Assembly: GCA_025457615.1 (NCBI GenBank) | Contig: JALOTZ010000003.1 | Location: 17,614-81,613 of the forward strand | DNA from: Verrucomicrobiota bacterium | GTDB taxonomy: Bacteria; Verrucomicrobiota; Verrucomicrobiia; Limisphaerales; DSYF01 | Reading direction: 5' to 3' | Length of the DNA stretch: 64,000 bases | Shown here: piece by piece, positions 28,237 through 38,663 of the stretch | How positions within the stretch are numbered: position 1 is the stretch's first letter | Layout of the letters: each line of letters opens with the position of its first letter | Notes under the pieces: generated by a model | Database searches by the model: none | What the model saw: the letters and a program-made list of their open reading frames with translations, nothing else | Told to the model about the DNA's origin: nothing | Translations under genes and position numbers: made by a program

Positions 28237-31200
28237 TCAGGGCGTCACCACCCGGTAGTAGCGGTGCGGCAGGCGCCCGGTGTCCGGATCCTCGAACTGG
28301 AACTGTCCGTTGCCTCTGGCCTTGGCTACGCCGATGCGCTGCCAATGCACCAGGTCGTCCGAGGCTTCAATGACGTGGACCTTCGCCGAAGAGCCCTTGA
28401 ATTCGAGTCTCAGCTTGCCGCCCGCCTTCTCCGCCACGGCGCTCACCGGTTGGGCCCCGGAGGGTCCCTCCGCCAGGTGATCGATGATGTCCTGAGCCTG
28501 TTGAATGAAGTCGGCCGCCAGCGCGGGATCCCCGGGCGCCACCTGGGCGCGCACCTTGTTCTGGAACGCCTCCAACTGGTTAATGGCCGCGGTCGGGTTG
28601 CCGCGGTCCATGGAACCGATCGCCGCCGACAACGAAACCACGAGGCTCTGCGGGTGGCGCAGGTCCGCAGCGTAGATGTCCGCCATCAGATGCTCCGTCG
28701 CTTGCGCCGGGGTAAGGACCTCGACCAGGACCGCGTTGGTGGCGCTCAGCAAACCGTCGTCCACGACCAGCTCAAAGGCGTGGATGCCCAATGGCAGCGT
28801 GACGATGGCCACCATGCCGGTGGCGAGGAGAGTCGAAGGTTGACCGTCGAGGGTGGCGATCCAGGCATAGGTCAACGGATCGGCATCGGGATCCGAGGAG
28901 AGCGAGCCGTCCAGCACCACCACGGCGTTGCTGTAGTTGGCGGAAATCACCCTCGGCGGGGTGTTGCTGGCATTGGCCACCGGCGGGTAGTTCACCAGCA
29001 GCAGCGCGTTCGAGCTGACGGCGGTGCCGAAGGCATTGGTCACGCGGACCCAATACGTGCGTTCATCCCGGGTCTGGACGTTGGTGAGCAGGAGGGTGCT
29101 GTTGGTGGCGCCCGGCAGGAATTGCGCCTGCTGCGGGAAATAGCGTCCGACGCCCCAGGCAAAGCGCAGCAGTGGGTTGCCGGCCGCTTCGACACTGAGC
29201 AGCACGTCGGTGCCGGCATTCACGCGCCGGCTTTCGGGATGCCGGACGATGACCGGCGGGTCCATGCATCGGCCACTGGCCGAGCGGCAGAGGGCGGCGA
29301 TTTCGAACGAGTTCAGCGCCCGCCCATGAATGGCCAACTCGTCCAAGGCGCCCTGGAAATCGCCTCCAGCTCCAGAGCCGACGACCACGGTTCCACTCGT
29401 TTCGGGCGTGAGGATGCCCATGTTTGTTGCAGCCACCGGTGCACCGTCAAGGAACAAGGACGCCCAGCCGGACGCATGATCATAGGTGCAGGCCACGTGT
29501 TGCCACCGACCTGTCTTCACAATCCCCGAGGGCGAGGTCAAGTAGTGCGAGACGCCGAGGGTGTCCCGCAGATCGATGCGAAGCGCGCCTTCTCCCGGGG
29601 TTCCGTGGTCCAGAGAGACACCGAAGGGCGACCTCCAGCCCAAGAGAGTACCGCTTTGTGCCCGGCTGGGATTGACCCATCCCTCCACGGTCAGACCCGT
29701 GCCCTTGCCCACATCCAGGCCCTGCGGCGAGTTCACAATCGCGTACCGCCGGACACCCGTCACCATCGCCAGTCCCACGTTTCCGTTGGTGGAGTAGATG
29801 AGCCCGTAAGCCGACGCGTGATTGTCGGCCACACTGTCCCACACGTTGGACTCACCCCGCCACCAGGTGACGATGCCGGGAGCGGGCGCCACGCAGTCGG
29901 TCAGCGGCGGATACTTGCCCGCCTCACCCTGGCTGACCAGACACCGCAGCTCGGCGGGGCTGAGTGCCCGGCGGTACAAGGTCACTTCGTCCAGGTAGCC
30001 GTTGAGCCGGAAGCCCGAACCCGGGTATTGACCGGGTGGACGGTAACCCAGATACAGGTTGCCGGTGGTTCGGGGGGTGAACGAGCCCAGGTTGGTTTGC
30101 GTCACCGCCGTGCCGTCCACGAAAAGCGAGGCCGTTCCGGACGCCTTGTCGTAGGTCAGCGCCAGATGTCGCCATTGATTGTAGATGGTAGGGAGGTACG
30201 GAGACAGGACCCCATGCGAAGCTCCCTGGTCATCCACGAGATTCGCTTCCAGATAGTTCGGTCCCCGGGTCACGCTGTAAGCGAGATAGACGCCCTGGGT
30301 CCCCGTGCCGCTGTTCCATTCCACGATGGGAAACGCCGTACTGAAAGGGTTGGCCCAGGCTTCGATCGTAAGCCCCGGGCCGGTACCCAGGTTCAGCGAT
30401 GGCGAGGCGGGCACGGTCACGTAATTGCCTTGGCGCAGCGAGAACGCCGCTCCGTATCGGCCCGCCGAGTAACTGGACGTCAGTGGAAGGGTGGGCGGCT
30501 GCATGAGGCCGTGATTGACGGTCACGCTGTCCAGCGTGTTGGATTCGCCACGCCACCACGCGGCAATGTCCCATTCCAGCACGTTGCAGTTGCGAGGCGG
30601 CAGCGGACACTTGCCGCGCCCGGCGGCCTTGTAGATGGCGCGGATTTCATCCCCGGCCAGCGCGCGCGAGTAAAGGGCCGGTTCGTCCAGGAGACCGGAG
30701 AAGCGCGGGCTGCCGAAGGCCAAGGCCGTTCCCAGCCCGAAGGGTCCGGAGGTCCGGAGCGCGGTTGGTCCGAGGTTGGTTCTCGCGACCATGTTGCCGT
30801 TGAGATAGAGCGCCATGTCCCCGTTGGTGGTGTTGCAACTCAACGCGACGTGTTGCCATTGCCTTGCGACCACGGACCCCTGGGGACTCTGGAGAACAAC
30901 AAACTGACCGTTGGTCCTCACCAGATAAGCCTGCGCCAGGCCCGGGCTGTTCACGAGCAGGCGGACCCCGGGCAGTGCGGGAGGCCCGGATTGTCCCGGC
31001 ACCGCCCCGCCCCAACCGAAGATGCCGTAGCTCGTGGAGACTGAGTCGGGGTTCATCCAGGATTCGAAGGTGAATCCGTCGCCCAGGCCCAGGTCCAGCT
31101 CCGGTGCCGCTGCGACGGTGAGTGGCGAGGTGTTCTGGAACCTGAACGCCGTACCGACGACACCGTTGGCATAGGCCAGCGAAGCCGGTGGTGGCTGCTG

Positions 31201-32082
31201 CCAGTAACTGGCGTTGAACCCGCCCGCCACATCCCACGTGTTGCTCTCGCCCGGCCACCAGGCGACGATGCCCGGCGCTGGCGGCGTGCAGGTCGGTGGA
31301 TTGGGCGGCGGACACTTGCCCGCGGCGCCAGCAAGGTGAATGGACTGGATCTCGGCTTGCGAGAGGGCTCGTCCGTAGAGGGCGGGTTCGTCCAGCGAGC
31401 CCTGCAAGTATCCGCGTCCGTCGGCGCTGCCGATGTACAACGCTCCGGTCGTCAGGAGCTTCACCGGCCCGAGGTTCGTCTGTGCCACCGGTGCACCGTG
31501 CACGTAGAGCACCACGTCGCCGTTGGCGTTGTTACAGCTCAGAGCGATGTGCTGCCACACTCCGGCTTGGACGGTGGCTGGCGGGGTCCGCAGCGCAATC
31601 CCCTGGCCGTTGGTCTTGACCAAGTAGGCCACGAACTCGCCGTACCCGCCGATTTGCAGTCCAACTTGAGCGAGTCCCCAGCCGAAGATTCCTCCAGAAT
31701 AATTCCTCTCCGGATTCACCCAGGTCTCGAAGGTGAAACCGTCCCCCTTGCCGACATCCAGCGCTGCAGTAGCCGGCACGGTCATGAAGACACCCTGCGT
31801 GAACCGGAAGGCGCGGCCGACCAGCCCGTTGGTATAGCCCGAGTAACCGGTCGGCAACCTCGGTCCAAGGGTCCCATCAAACCCGCTTACAGCATCCCAC
31901 GTGTTGCTCTCGCCCGGCCACCAGGCCACCACCCCTTCGGGCGGCGGCACGCACGCGGATGGGAGCGCAGCCTGACTCACGCCCAGACAGCCAAGACTGA
32001 CCACGAGGACCGATGGCCACAGCACGGCTCGACGGGCTGAGCAATGCGTTTGCGGGACCGAAGAGCAGGTCTGAATGTTCAT
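28237..32082 (-). CDS. giant secreted protein: four LamG-like modules, an Ig-like domain, a PKD/cadherin-like domain, a FIMAH-like helical domain and a C-terminal beta module
   Basis: It has four repeats of about 225 aa. Each begins with C-x-PP-x-G-I/V-V-A/T-WW-P/R-GESN-T/V-WD and ends with LDE-x-x-L/I-Y/H-x-RAL. Later motifs include DPDADPLTYAW and GNPTAAINQLEAFQNKV. The start is taken at MNIQTC (32082). Confidence 0.85.
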   Translation of the reverse strand: MNIQTCSSVPQTHCSARRAVLWPSVLVVSLGCLGVSQAALPSACVPPPEGVVAWWPGESNTWDAVSGFDGTLGPRLPTGYSGYTNGLVGRAFRFTQGVFMTVPATAALDVGKGDGFTFETWVNPERNYSGGIFGWGLAQVGLQIGGYGEFVAYLVKTNGQGIALRTPPATVQAGVWQHIALSCNNANGDVVLYVHGAPVAQTNLGPVKLLTTGALYIGSADGRGYLQGSLDEPALYGRALSQAEIQSIHLAGAAGKCPPPNPPTCTPPAPGIVAWWPGESNTWDVAGGFNASYWQQPPPASLAYANGVVGTAFRFQNTSPLTVAAAPELDLGLGDGFTFESWMNPDSVSTSYGIFGWGGAVPGQSGPPALPGVRLLVNSPGLAQAYLVRTNGQFVVLQSPQGSVVARQWQHVALSCNTTNGDMALYLNGNMVARTNLGPTALRTSGPFGLGTALAFGSPRFSGLLDEPALYSRALAGDEIRAIYKAAGRGKCPLPPRNCNVLEWDIAAWWRGESNTLDSVTVNHGLMQPPTLPLTSSYSAGRYGAAFSLRQGNYVTVPASPSLNLGTGPGLTIEAWANPFSTAFPIVEWNSGTGTQGVYLAYSVTRGPNYLEANLVDDQGASHGVLSPYLPTIYNQWRHLALTYDKASGTASLFVDGTAVTQTNLGSFTPRTTGNLYLGYRPPGQYPGSGFRLNGYLDEVTLYRRALSPAELRCLVSQGEAGKYPPLTDCVAPAPGIVTWWRGESNVWDSVADNHASAYGLIYSTNGNVGLAMVTGVRRYAIVNSPQGLDVGKGTGLTVEGWVNPSRAQSGTLLGWRSPFGVSLDHGTPGEGALRIDLRDTLGVSHYLTSPSGIVKTGRWQHVACTYDHASGWASLFLDGAPVAATNMGILTPETSGTVVVGSGAGGDFQGALDELAIHGRALNSFEIAALCRSASGRCMDPPVIVRHPESRRVNAGTDVLLSVEAAGNPLLRFAWGVGRYFPQQAQFLPGATNSTLLLTNVQTRDERTYWVRVTNAFGTAVSSNALLLVNYPPVANASNTPPRVISANYSNAVVVLDGSLSSDPDADPLTYAWIATLDGQPSTLLATGMVAIVTLPLGIHAFELVVDDGLLSATNAVLVEVLTPAQATEHLMADIYAADLRHPQSLVVSLSAAIGSMDRGNPTAAINQLEAFQNKVRAQVAPGDPALAADFIQQAQDIIDHLAEGPSGAQPVSAVAEKAGGKLRLEFKGSSAKVHVIEASDDLVHWQRIGVAKARGNGQFQFEDPDTGRLPHRYYRVVTP

Positions 32083-32281
32083 GGTGTGGTCCTCCGCTGG
32101 TTCATGTTGAAGTCCCGCCTTCCCTTGGACGCCCTGCGCAGGGCCGGGCTCTTTTGGAAGGCATTTTCTCTGTACCACCGATCCAACCCCGGATCAATCC
32201 CGCTCTGGCTCTTCCCCTTCTCCTTATTCCCCCCCAAGCCGGTCTGCGGCCGCGAAGGTGGGTCCGCGCGCCCTTGAATCA

Positions 32282-32305
32282 GCGCCGACTGACGTCCGCG
32301 GCTAC
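32282..32305. repeat. REP-like family D copy
   Basis: gcgccgactgacgtccgcggctac lies in the divergent LamG / alpha-2-macroglobulin promoter region. Confidence 0.5.
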
Positions 32306-32439
32306 GAAATCGGTGGGTCGTCCGGAAGGCAGGACTACAGACGTGCCGGTGCGCGGCAACCCAAGACCGCCTTTTCGCTGGCCAGCCGGATTTCGCGGGA
32401 GCATTGTTCCCCGGACTCCGTCCAACGCTGAGGAATGCT

Positions 32440-35400
32440 ATGAACAACTGGATTTTACCCCTTTGTATCGCAGGACTGATGTCCCCCCTCACCGCCCGGC
32501 CGGCAGACGATTACGCCGCGCTCCGGGAGCAGGCCGAAGCGTTGGTGGCCGACGGCTCCTACGCCAAGGCCCACGCGCTGTATCGTTCAGTCCAAACCAA
32601 TCATCTCGCGCCCGGTGACCAGCGCTGGGTGAGGTTTCGGATCGCCGACACCCAATGGCGCTCGGCAGCCGCCACGCAACGCGCCAACGACACGGATCTC
32701 GAATCCGCCCGGACCACCCTCGAACAGATGGTGCGGGACGTGGAGCGGGACGAGGACAAGGACCGGGTGTGGGTCGAGGTGCAGGAGTCGCTGGGGGATT
32801 ACGGGTGGACGCGGCGCGACTCGCGCCACTGGGGTCAGGCCTGGCCGTGTTACGAGCAGGCCCTCGAGTGGTGGGCCGGACAGAGCGAGCTGGACCTGGC
32901 CCGGACGCGTTACCTGTCCATCGTCTGGCGTTGCGCGCGTCCGCCCCAGGCCGAACCCTACTACCGCTACGGCTGGCACGGGAACTACCTCCCCCTGCCC
33001 GTGCTCCAGAACGCGGCTCGCATCGCGCCATCCGACGAGGACCGGGCCCACGCCCATTATCTGATCGCCTCGACCCTCCAGCAGCAGGGCGGCGGTTGGG
33101 ACCCGCCATCACGGGTGGCCGAAGAGTATGAAGCCGCGCTGGCGTTGGGGCGCGGGACCGACTGGTATGACGACGCGCTGTTCAACTACGCGCAGTGGAT
33201 GGAGCAGCGCGGACGCCTCGTGCCCTTGGACGGTGGCGGTTACCGCAGCGAACCGGACTACGTGAAGGCGGTGGAACTCTACCGCCGGCTGCTCAAGGAA
33301 TTCCGGAAGGGCGAATCGCGCTACGTCGAGCAAGCCACCCAGCAGATTCGCGGGATCACGGGCGAACAACTGGCGGTGCTGGCGCAGCACATTTTCCTGC
33401 CCGGCTCGGAGATCCAGTTCCAGCTCGACTGGCGCAACGTCAGGCGGGTAGACTTCGCGTTGTACCCGGTGGACCTGGCGGACGATGTGCGCTGGGGCGA
33501 CCCGGAGGATCGCAAGCGCGGCGATTGGCTGCACTCGATCGATCTGGCCGGACGCGAGCGGGTGAGGGAATGGTCGTGGGACACCGGGGACAAGGGCGAC
33601 CACCAACCGGGGAGCCAACCGCAACGCCTCGACAAACCGCTCCCGCCGGGGGCCTATGTGCTCACGGCCACCGGCGGCGGCGAGCAGGCGCGTGACCTGG
33701 TGCTCGTCACCGACGCCGCGCTGGTGCTCAAGATCTCCGGCCAACAGGTGCTGGCCTACGTGTGCGACGCGTTGTCCGGCGCGCCACTGGCCGACAGCAC
33801 GATCCAGGTGTGGGCGCGCTGGCGGGAACGGGATGCCTGGCGGCAGCACAGCGAACGGCGGACCGCGGACAAGGACGGGTTGGTGGTGTTCGACCTGCCC
33901 GGCGAAGCGCGCGCGATGCAGTTGTTTGTCGGGGCGCGGAGCGGGGAGCGGCAGGCGTTCAGCACGGGCAACAGTTGGTGGAATCCGACCGGGCGCGAGC
34001 CCTGGAAGATCTACGCCTTCACCGATCGCCCGGCGTACCGCCCCAAGGAGACCGTTCATTGGAAGTTCACGGCGCGACGCCACAACGGCTCCGTGTACTC
34101 GACGCCGGCCGGGCAGGTGGTGGAGTTCGAGATCACCGATCCGCGCGGGAGCAAGGTGCAATCGGACAAGGCGGCCTTGAACGCCTTCGGCAGCGCCTGG
34201 GGATCCCTGGAACTCACCGAGTCCATGCCGCTGGGCGAATACCGCATCCAGTTCTGGGATCAGGGACGCCGGGAACACATTGGCTCGAGCACGTTGTTCC
34301 GGCTCGAGGAATACAAACTGCCCGAGTTCAAGGTGACCGTCAGCACGCCGGAGGAACGCGATGACTCCGGCGCCCCGCCCCGCAAGAAAGCGTTCCGCCT
34401 CGGCGACACGGTCGAAGCCACCATCCAGGCGGACTATTACTTTGGCGGCCCGGTGGCCAACGCCGAGCTCGAGGTGATCGTTTATCAGAACCCGCTCTGG
34501 ATCGCCTGGCCGCAGCCGCGCGAGTTCCCCTGGTTTTACCAGGACATGGACGAAGGGCGCCAGCCCTGGCGCCGCGCTTGGGGCGGCCAGGGCCCAATCA
34601 TCAAACGCGAGACGCTCAAGACGGACGCGACCGGCAAGACCATCGTCAGCTTCGAGACGCCGGCGAATGAGGGGCAGGATTACGAGTATCGCATCGAGGC
34701 GCGCGTCACCGATGCCAGCCGGCGCGAGATCGTCAGCTCCGGCACCGTGCGTGTGACACGACAGAGCTATTCCGTTCACGCCCGCGCCGAACACAACCTG
34801 TATCGCCCCGTGGACAAGGTGCCCGTCGAGTTCCAAGCCCGGGACGCCAACGAAAACCCGGTCAGCGTCGAGGGCACGGTCAAGGTCACCCGCCAGTACT
34901 GGTGGGAAATCTGGCTCCGGCCCGACGGCACCGAGGTCAAGGGTGACGAACTCAAGCAGCTCCAGGCCCGACACCCCCTCTGGCCGCCGCCGCCCGAGCG
35001 TCCGGATCAAAAGGGCTGGAAACTCAAGTTCCGCGGCTATGAACAGGACGAGATCCTGACGCGCACCGTGTCCACGGACACCCACGGGACGGCGCGGTTC
35101 GAGTTCGAGCCCGACCGGGTGGGCTACTACCGTGTCGAATGGTCGAGCCCGGACCGGAATTCAAATCTGAAATCTCGGATTTCAAATCCCGTCCGCGCCG
35201 ACACCACCGTCTGGGTCACCGACAGCCAGACCACCGACATCGGCTACCGCCATGGCGGGGTGGAAATCATTGCGGACCGGGACACGTTCCACGTGGGGAG
35301 CGAGGCGCCGGTGATGCTGGTGGCCAACTCGGCGGATCGTTACGTGCTGTTTACCGTCGAGGGCGAGAACCTGCACAGCTACCGCCTGGTGCACCTGACC

Positions 35401-38400
35401 GGCCCGGTCAAGTTGCTCAACCTGCGGATCGAGGAGCAGCATGTGCCCAACCTCTTCCTCGGGGCGGTCATGGTCAGCGACCGGGAGATCTTCCTGGACA
35501 CCGAGGCGGTGATTGTGCCGCCGACGCGCAACTTCCTGACCGTCGAGGTGACCCCTGATCGCGAGCAGTACCAGCCGCGCGAGGAAGGCACCCTGACCGT
35601 CACCACCAAGGATCACGAAGGCCAGCCGGTGTCCGCCGAAGTCGCGCTCAGCCTGGTGGACGAGTCGGTGTTCTACATCCAAAGCGATTACGCCGGCGAC
35701 CCGCGCCCGTTCTTCTTCGGCACCAAACGTCCGCATCGCGTTCAAACCCACTCCACCCTGAACGAGAGGCCTTACGCGAAACTGGTGGCCCGGGAGGACG
35801 GAAAGGTCCGGGACGAGCGCGACCAGGAAAGCGCCGGGAAGCCGCCTTGGGATCGCAAAAATGAATCGTTCAGGGGTTTCGAAGGGGGTCTCCTAAAGTC
35901 CAGCAGACCTCTGACGGCCCTCAGCGGAGCAAGGCTCGACGCGGGCTCCCCGCCCGCGGCGATGGGCCTTCCCGGGGCGGCCAAATCGGCCATGCAGGAA
36001 AGCGACATGGCCATGGCGGTTGCATCGCCAGCTCAACCTGCGCCACCCGCCGAATCCGAACCCGCCGTGGTGGTCCGCTCGGATTTCCGGTCCACCCTGC
36101 TCTGGCAACCGGATGTGCAGACCGGTGCGGACGGCCGGGCGGCCGTGAAGGTGGCCTACGCGGATTCGGTCACCGCGTGGAAGGCCACCGCGCGCGCGGC
36201 CACCGCCGCCAACCAGTTTGGCATCGCCCACGCCACCACACGCACCAAGCAGCCGCTCATCGTCCGGCTCCAAGCCCCGCGCTTCTTTGTGGTGGGTGAC
36301 GACGTCGTGCTCTCGGCCGTGGTGAACAACAACACGGACACGGACCTGGATGTGAAGGTCGGACTGGAAGTGGAAGGCGGACTCAAGGGAGCGCAGGCTT
36401 CGGGCCTGCCGGGTGCAGGCGCGACGCCGGTCCTGCGTTTGACGGTTCCGGCCCAGGGCGAAGCGCGCGCTGACTGGAAAGCCACCGTCGTGCAAGCCGG
36501 CGAAGTGAAGCTCAAGGTCACCGGGCGCAGCGCGAAACACACCGATGCCATGGAGAAGACCTACGTGGCCCACGAACACGGCATCGAGAAGTTCATCGCC
36601 AAGTCCGGCAAGGCGACCGGCGAGGATATCCGCGTGAAGCTCACCCTGCCCAAGGAACGCCAGCCCGGCTCCACGACGTTCATCGTCCAGGTCACGCCCA
36701 GTCTGGCGGTCACCATGCTCGATGCGTTGCCCTACCTGATCGATTACCCTTACGGCTGCACCGAGCAGACGATGAGCCGCTTCCTGCCGGCAGTCATCGT
36801 CGCCCGCACGCTCAAGGATCTGGGATTGAAGCCGGACGACGCCATGAGCCGCGTCTTTGGCGGGATCGAACCGCAGCACACGGCGGCAACCCAGCCCAAG
36901 GGGAAGAAGGACCTCAACGAGTTGGAGGCCATGACCCGGGCCGGGATCGAGCGCCTCTACGATTTCCAGCATGGCGACGGCGGCTGGGGCTGGTGGAAGG
37001 AAGGCGAAAGCGATCCGTGGATGACGGCCTACGTGGTCTGGGGATTGACCCTGGCCCAGCAGGCCGGTGTGGACGTCCGCAGCCATGTCGTCCGGCGTGG
37101 CGCGGAGTTTCTCGACACCCGCCTGGTCGAGCAGGAGGAAGTCGCGGACCTGCAGGCCTGGATGCTGCACGCCCTGGCCGTCTCGAAGCCGGCGGCGGGC
37201 GGACCGAGCGGGTTGTCCGGGTTCCAGCAGAAGGCCTTCGACAACCTGTGGAAGCAGCGGGACCAGCTCAACGCCTGCACCCGCGCCCTGTTCGCCCTGG
37301 CCGCGCATCATTACGGCAAGGCCGGCGAGGCGCAGATCCTCGTGGACAACCTCGAAAACGGCGTCATCCGCGATGATCGTCCCGACACCTCGGTCCTGGT
37401 TCACGCACCCCGCGCCCCGCAACAACCCGGCACGATGGGCACGGCGCATTGGGGCGAGGACGGCCTGTTCTGGCGCTGGAGCGACGGCGGCGTCGAGGCC
37501 ACGGCGTTCGCCCTGCGCGCGTTGCTGGCCATCGACCCCGACAACAAACTGGTCGAGCCCGTGACGAACTGGCTGATCAAGAACCGGCGGGGCGCCCAAT
37601 GGAGCAACACCCGCGACACCGCCATCGTGGTGCTGGCCCTGAACGATTACCTGCGCGCCAGCGGCGAACTCCAGTCGGACCTCGATTTCGAACTGCTGGT
37701 GAATGGCCACTCCCTCGTGAAGAAGGAGATCAGCGGGGCCGAAATGTTCAACGCCCCCAGCCGCTTTGCCGTCCCCGCGGATCTCATCCGGGACGGCGAG
37801 AACGAGATCCGCATCCAGCGCCAGGGCGAAGGATCGGTTTACTTTGCGGTCGAGGCGAAGTTCTTCAGCCTCGAGGAGCCGATCCCGGCCGCCGGCCACG
37901 AAATCTTCGTCAAACGCGAGTATTTCAAACTCGTCGGCCGCCCCACGCTGTTGAAGGGTCAGGTGTACGACAGAGTCCCGCTGCGCGACGGTGACACCGT
38001 CCAGAGCGGGGAGCGGGTGGAGACCATCCTCACCCTCGAGGCGAAGAACGACTACGAGTATCTGGTGTTCGAGGACCTCAAGCCCGCCGGGTTCGAGGCG
38101 GTCGAACTCCGCAGCGGTCAAACCCTGCTTGCGCGCGAACTCAAGCGCGGAGCGCTGACGCGAGATTCCGCCCTCCGCGCTCCGCCCTCCGCGTTGGACT
38201 TCACCGGCCGCGCCCGTTGGGTGTATCAGGAGCTGCGGGATCGCCAGGTGGCGTTGTTCATCGACAAGCTGCCGGAGGGAGTGTGGGAACTGCGCCACGA
38301 GATGCGCGCCGAGGTGCCCGGCACCTTCCACGCCCTGCCCGTGCTGGGCCACGCCATGTACGTGCCCGAGATCCGCTGCAACGGGGACGAAGTGCGGATC

Positions 38401-38421
38401 AGCGTGACCGACCGGCGGTGA
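32440..38421 (+). CDS. alpha-2-macroglobulin family protein with a thioester motif and an N-terminal TPR-like domain
   Basis: About 1993 aa from MNNWILPLCIAGL (a GAGGA sequence lies 6 nt upstream). It has a signal peptide and MG-domain-like repeats. The thioester motif GCTEQ is at 36754-36768 within DYPYGCTEQTMSRFLP. Confidence 0.9.
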   Translation: MNNWILPLCIAGLMSPLTARPADDYAALREQAEALVADGSYAKAHALYRSVQTNHLAPGDQRWVRFRIADTQWRSAAATQRANDTDLESARTTLEQMVRDVERDEDKDRVWVEVQESLGDYGWTRRDSRHWGQAWPCYEQALEWWAGQSELDLARTRYLSIVWRCARPPQAEPYYRYGWHGNYLPLPVLQNAARIAPSDEDRAHAHYLIASTLQQQGGGWDPPSRVAEEYEAALALGRGTDWYDDALFNYAQWMEQRGRLVPLDGGGYRSEPDYVKAVELYRRLLKEFRKGESRYVEQATQQIRGITGEQLAVLAQHIFLPGSEIQFQLDWRNVRRVDFALYPVDLADDVRWGDPEDRKRGDWLHSIDLAGRERVREWSWDTGDKGDHQPGSQPQRLDKPLPPGAYVLTATGGGEQARDLVLVTDAALVLKISGQQVLAYVCDALSGAPLADSTIQVWARWRERDAWRQHSERRTADKDGLVVFDLPGEARAMQLFVGARSGERQAFSTGNSWWNPTGREPWKIYAFTDRPAYRPKETVHWKFTARRHNGSVYSTPAGQVVEFEITDPRGSKVQSDKAALNAFGSAWGSLELTESMPLGEYRIQFWDQGRREHIGSSTLFRLEEYKLPEFKVTVSTPEERDDSGAPPRKKAFRLGDTVEATIQADYYFGGPVANAELEVIVYQNPLWIAWPQPREFPWFYQDMDEGRQPWRRAWGGQGPIIKRETLKTDATGKTIVSFETPANEGQDYEYRIEARVTDASRREIVSSGTVRVTRQSYSVHARAEHNLYRPVDKVPVEFQARDANENPVSVEGTVKVTRQYWWEIWLRPDGTEVKGDELKQLQARHPLWPPPPERPDQKGWKLKFRGYEQDEILTRTVSTDTHGTARFEFEPDRVGYYRVEWSSPDRNSNLKSRISNPVRADTTVWVTDSQTTDIGYRHGGVEIIADRDTFHVGSEAPVMLVANSADRYVLFTVEGENLHSYRLVHLTGPVKLLNLRIEEQHVPNLFLGAVMVSDREIFLDTEAVIVPPTRNFLTVEVTPDREQYQPREEGTLTVTTKDHEGQPVSAEVALSLVDESVFYIQSDYAGDPRPFFFGTKRPHRVQTHSTLNERPYAKLVAREDGKVRDERDQESAGKPPWDRKNESFRGFEGGLLKSSRPLTALSGARLDAGSPPAAMGLPGAAKSAMQESDMAMAVASPAQPAPPAESEPAVVVRSDFRSTLLWQPDVQTGADGRAAVKVAYADSVTAWKATARAATAANQFGIAHATTRTKQPLIVRLQAPRFFVVGDDVVLSAVVNNNTDTDLDVKVGLEVEGGLKGAQASGLPGAGATPVLRLTVPAQGEARADWKATVVQAGEVKLKVTGRSAKHTDAMEKTYVAHEHGIEKFIAKSGKATGEDIRVKLTLPKERQPGSTTFIVQVTPSLAVTMLDALPYLIDYPYGCTEQTMSRFLPAVIVARTLKDLGLKPDDAMSRVFGGIEPQHTAATQPKGKKDLNELEAMTRAGIERLYDFQHGDGGWGWWKEGESDPWMTAYVVWGLTLAQQAGVDVRSHVVRRGAEFLDTRLVEQEEVADLQAWMLHALAVSKPAAGGPSGLSGFQQKAFDNLWKQRDQLNACTRALFALAAHHYGKAGEAQILVDNLENGVIRDDRPDTSVLVHAPRAPQQPGTMGTAHWGEDGLFWRWSDGGVEATAFALRALLAIDPDNKLVEPVTNWLIKNRRGAQWSNTRDTAIVVLALNDYLRASGELQSDLDFELLVNGHSLVKKEISGAEMFNAPSRFAVPADLIRDGENEIRIQRQGEGSVYFAVEAKFFSLEEPIPAAGHEIFVKREYFKLVGRPTLLKGQVYDRVPLRDGDTVQSGERVETILTLEAKNDYEYLVFEDLKPAGFEAVELRSGQTLLARELKRGALTRDSALRAPPSALDFTGRARWVYQELRDRQVALFIDKLPEGVWELRHEMRAEVPGTFHALPVLGHAMYVPEIRCNGDEVRISVTDRR
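35157..35189. repeat. AT-rich palindromic mini-repeat embedded in frame in the alpha-2-macroglobulin gene
   Basis: gaattcaaatctgaaatctcggatttcaaatcc contains the hairpin tgaaatc-tcg-gatttca and a duplicated ttcaaatc. It encodes NSNLKSRISN, and local GC falls sharply relative to the flanks. Confidence 0.4.
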
Positions 38422-38663
38422 CCCGCAGCCGCGTTCCGGACCGCGGGTCCGCGACCCGCAGCAGCCACGCGGCTCCCGACGCCCACGACCAACTCGCAGG
38501 CCACCCGCACCTGCGCCGCCGCTGCGGCTCACGGAGCCGCGCTCCCACAACGGGACTGCGAGGCCGGCATTGCTGCCGGGGATCAGTTGGTGTAAGGAGG
38601 AAGCTCGCGAAGCCGAGCGTCCGACCGGAAGCTCGCCGGCGCCCATTGTCAACGAATCAAGCC

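Noticed and set aside
38217-38663. N-terminal extensions of the longest ORFs, for example on the IPT/TIG protein, fur, sufB, sufC, hoxY, hoxW, res, mod and the response regulator.
   Set aside because: The extensions overlap upstream genes or repeats and lack homology. Internal start codons coincide with the beginning of signal peptides or conserved N-termini.
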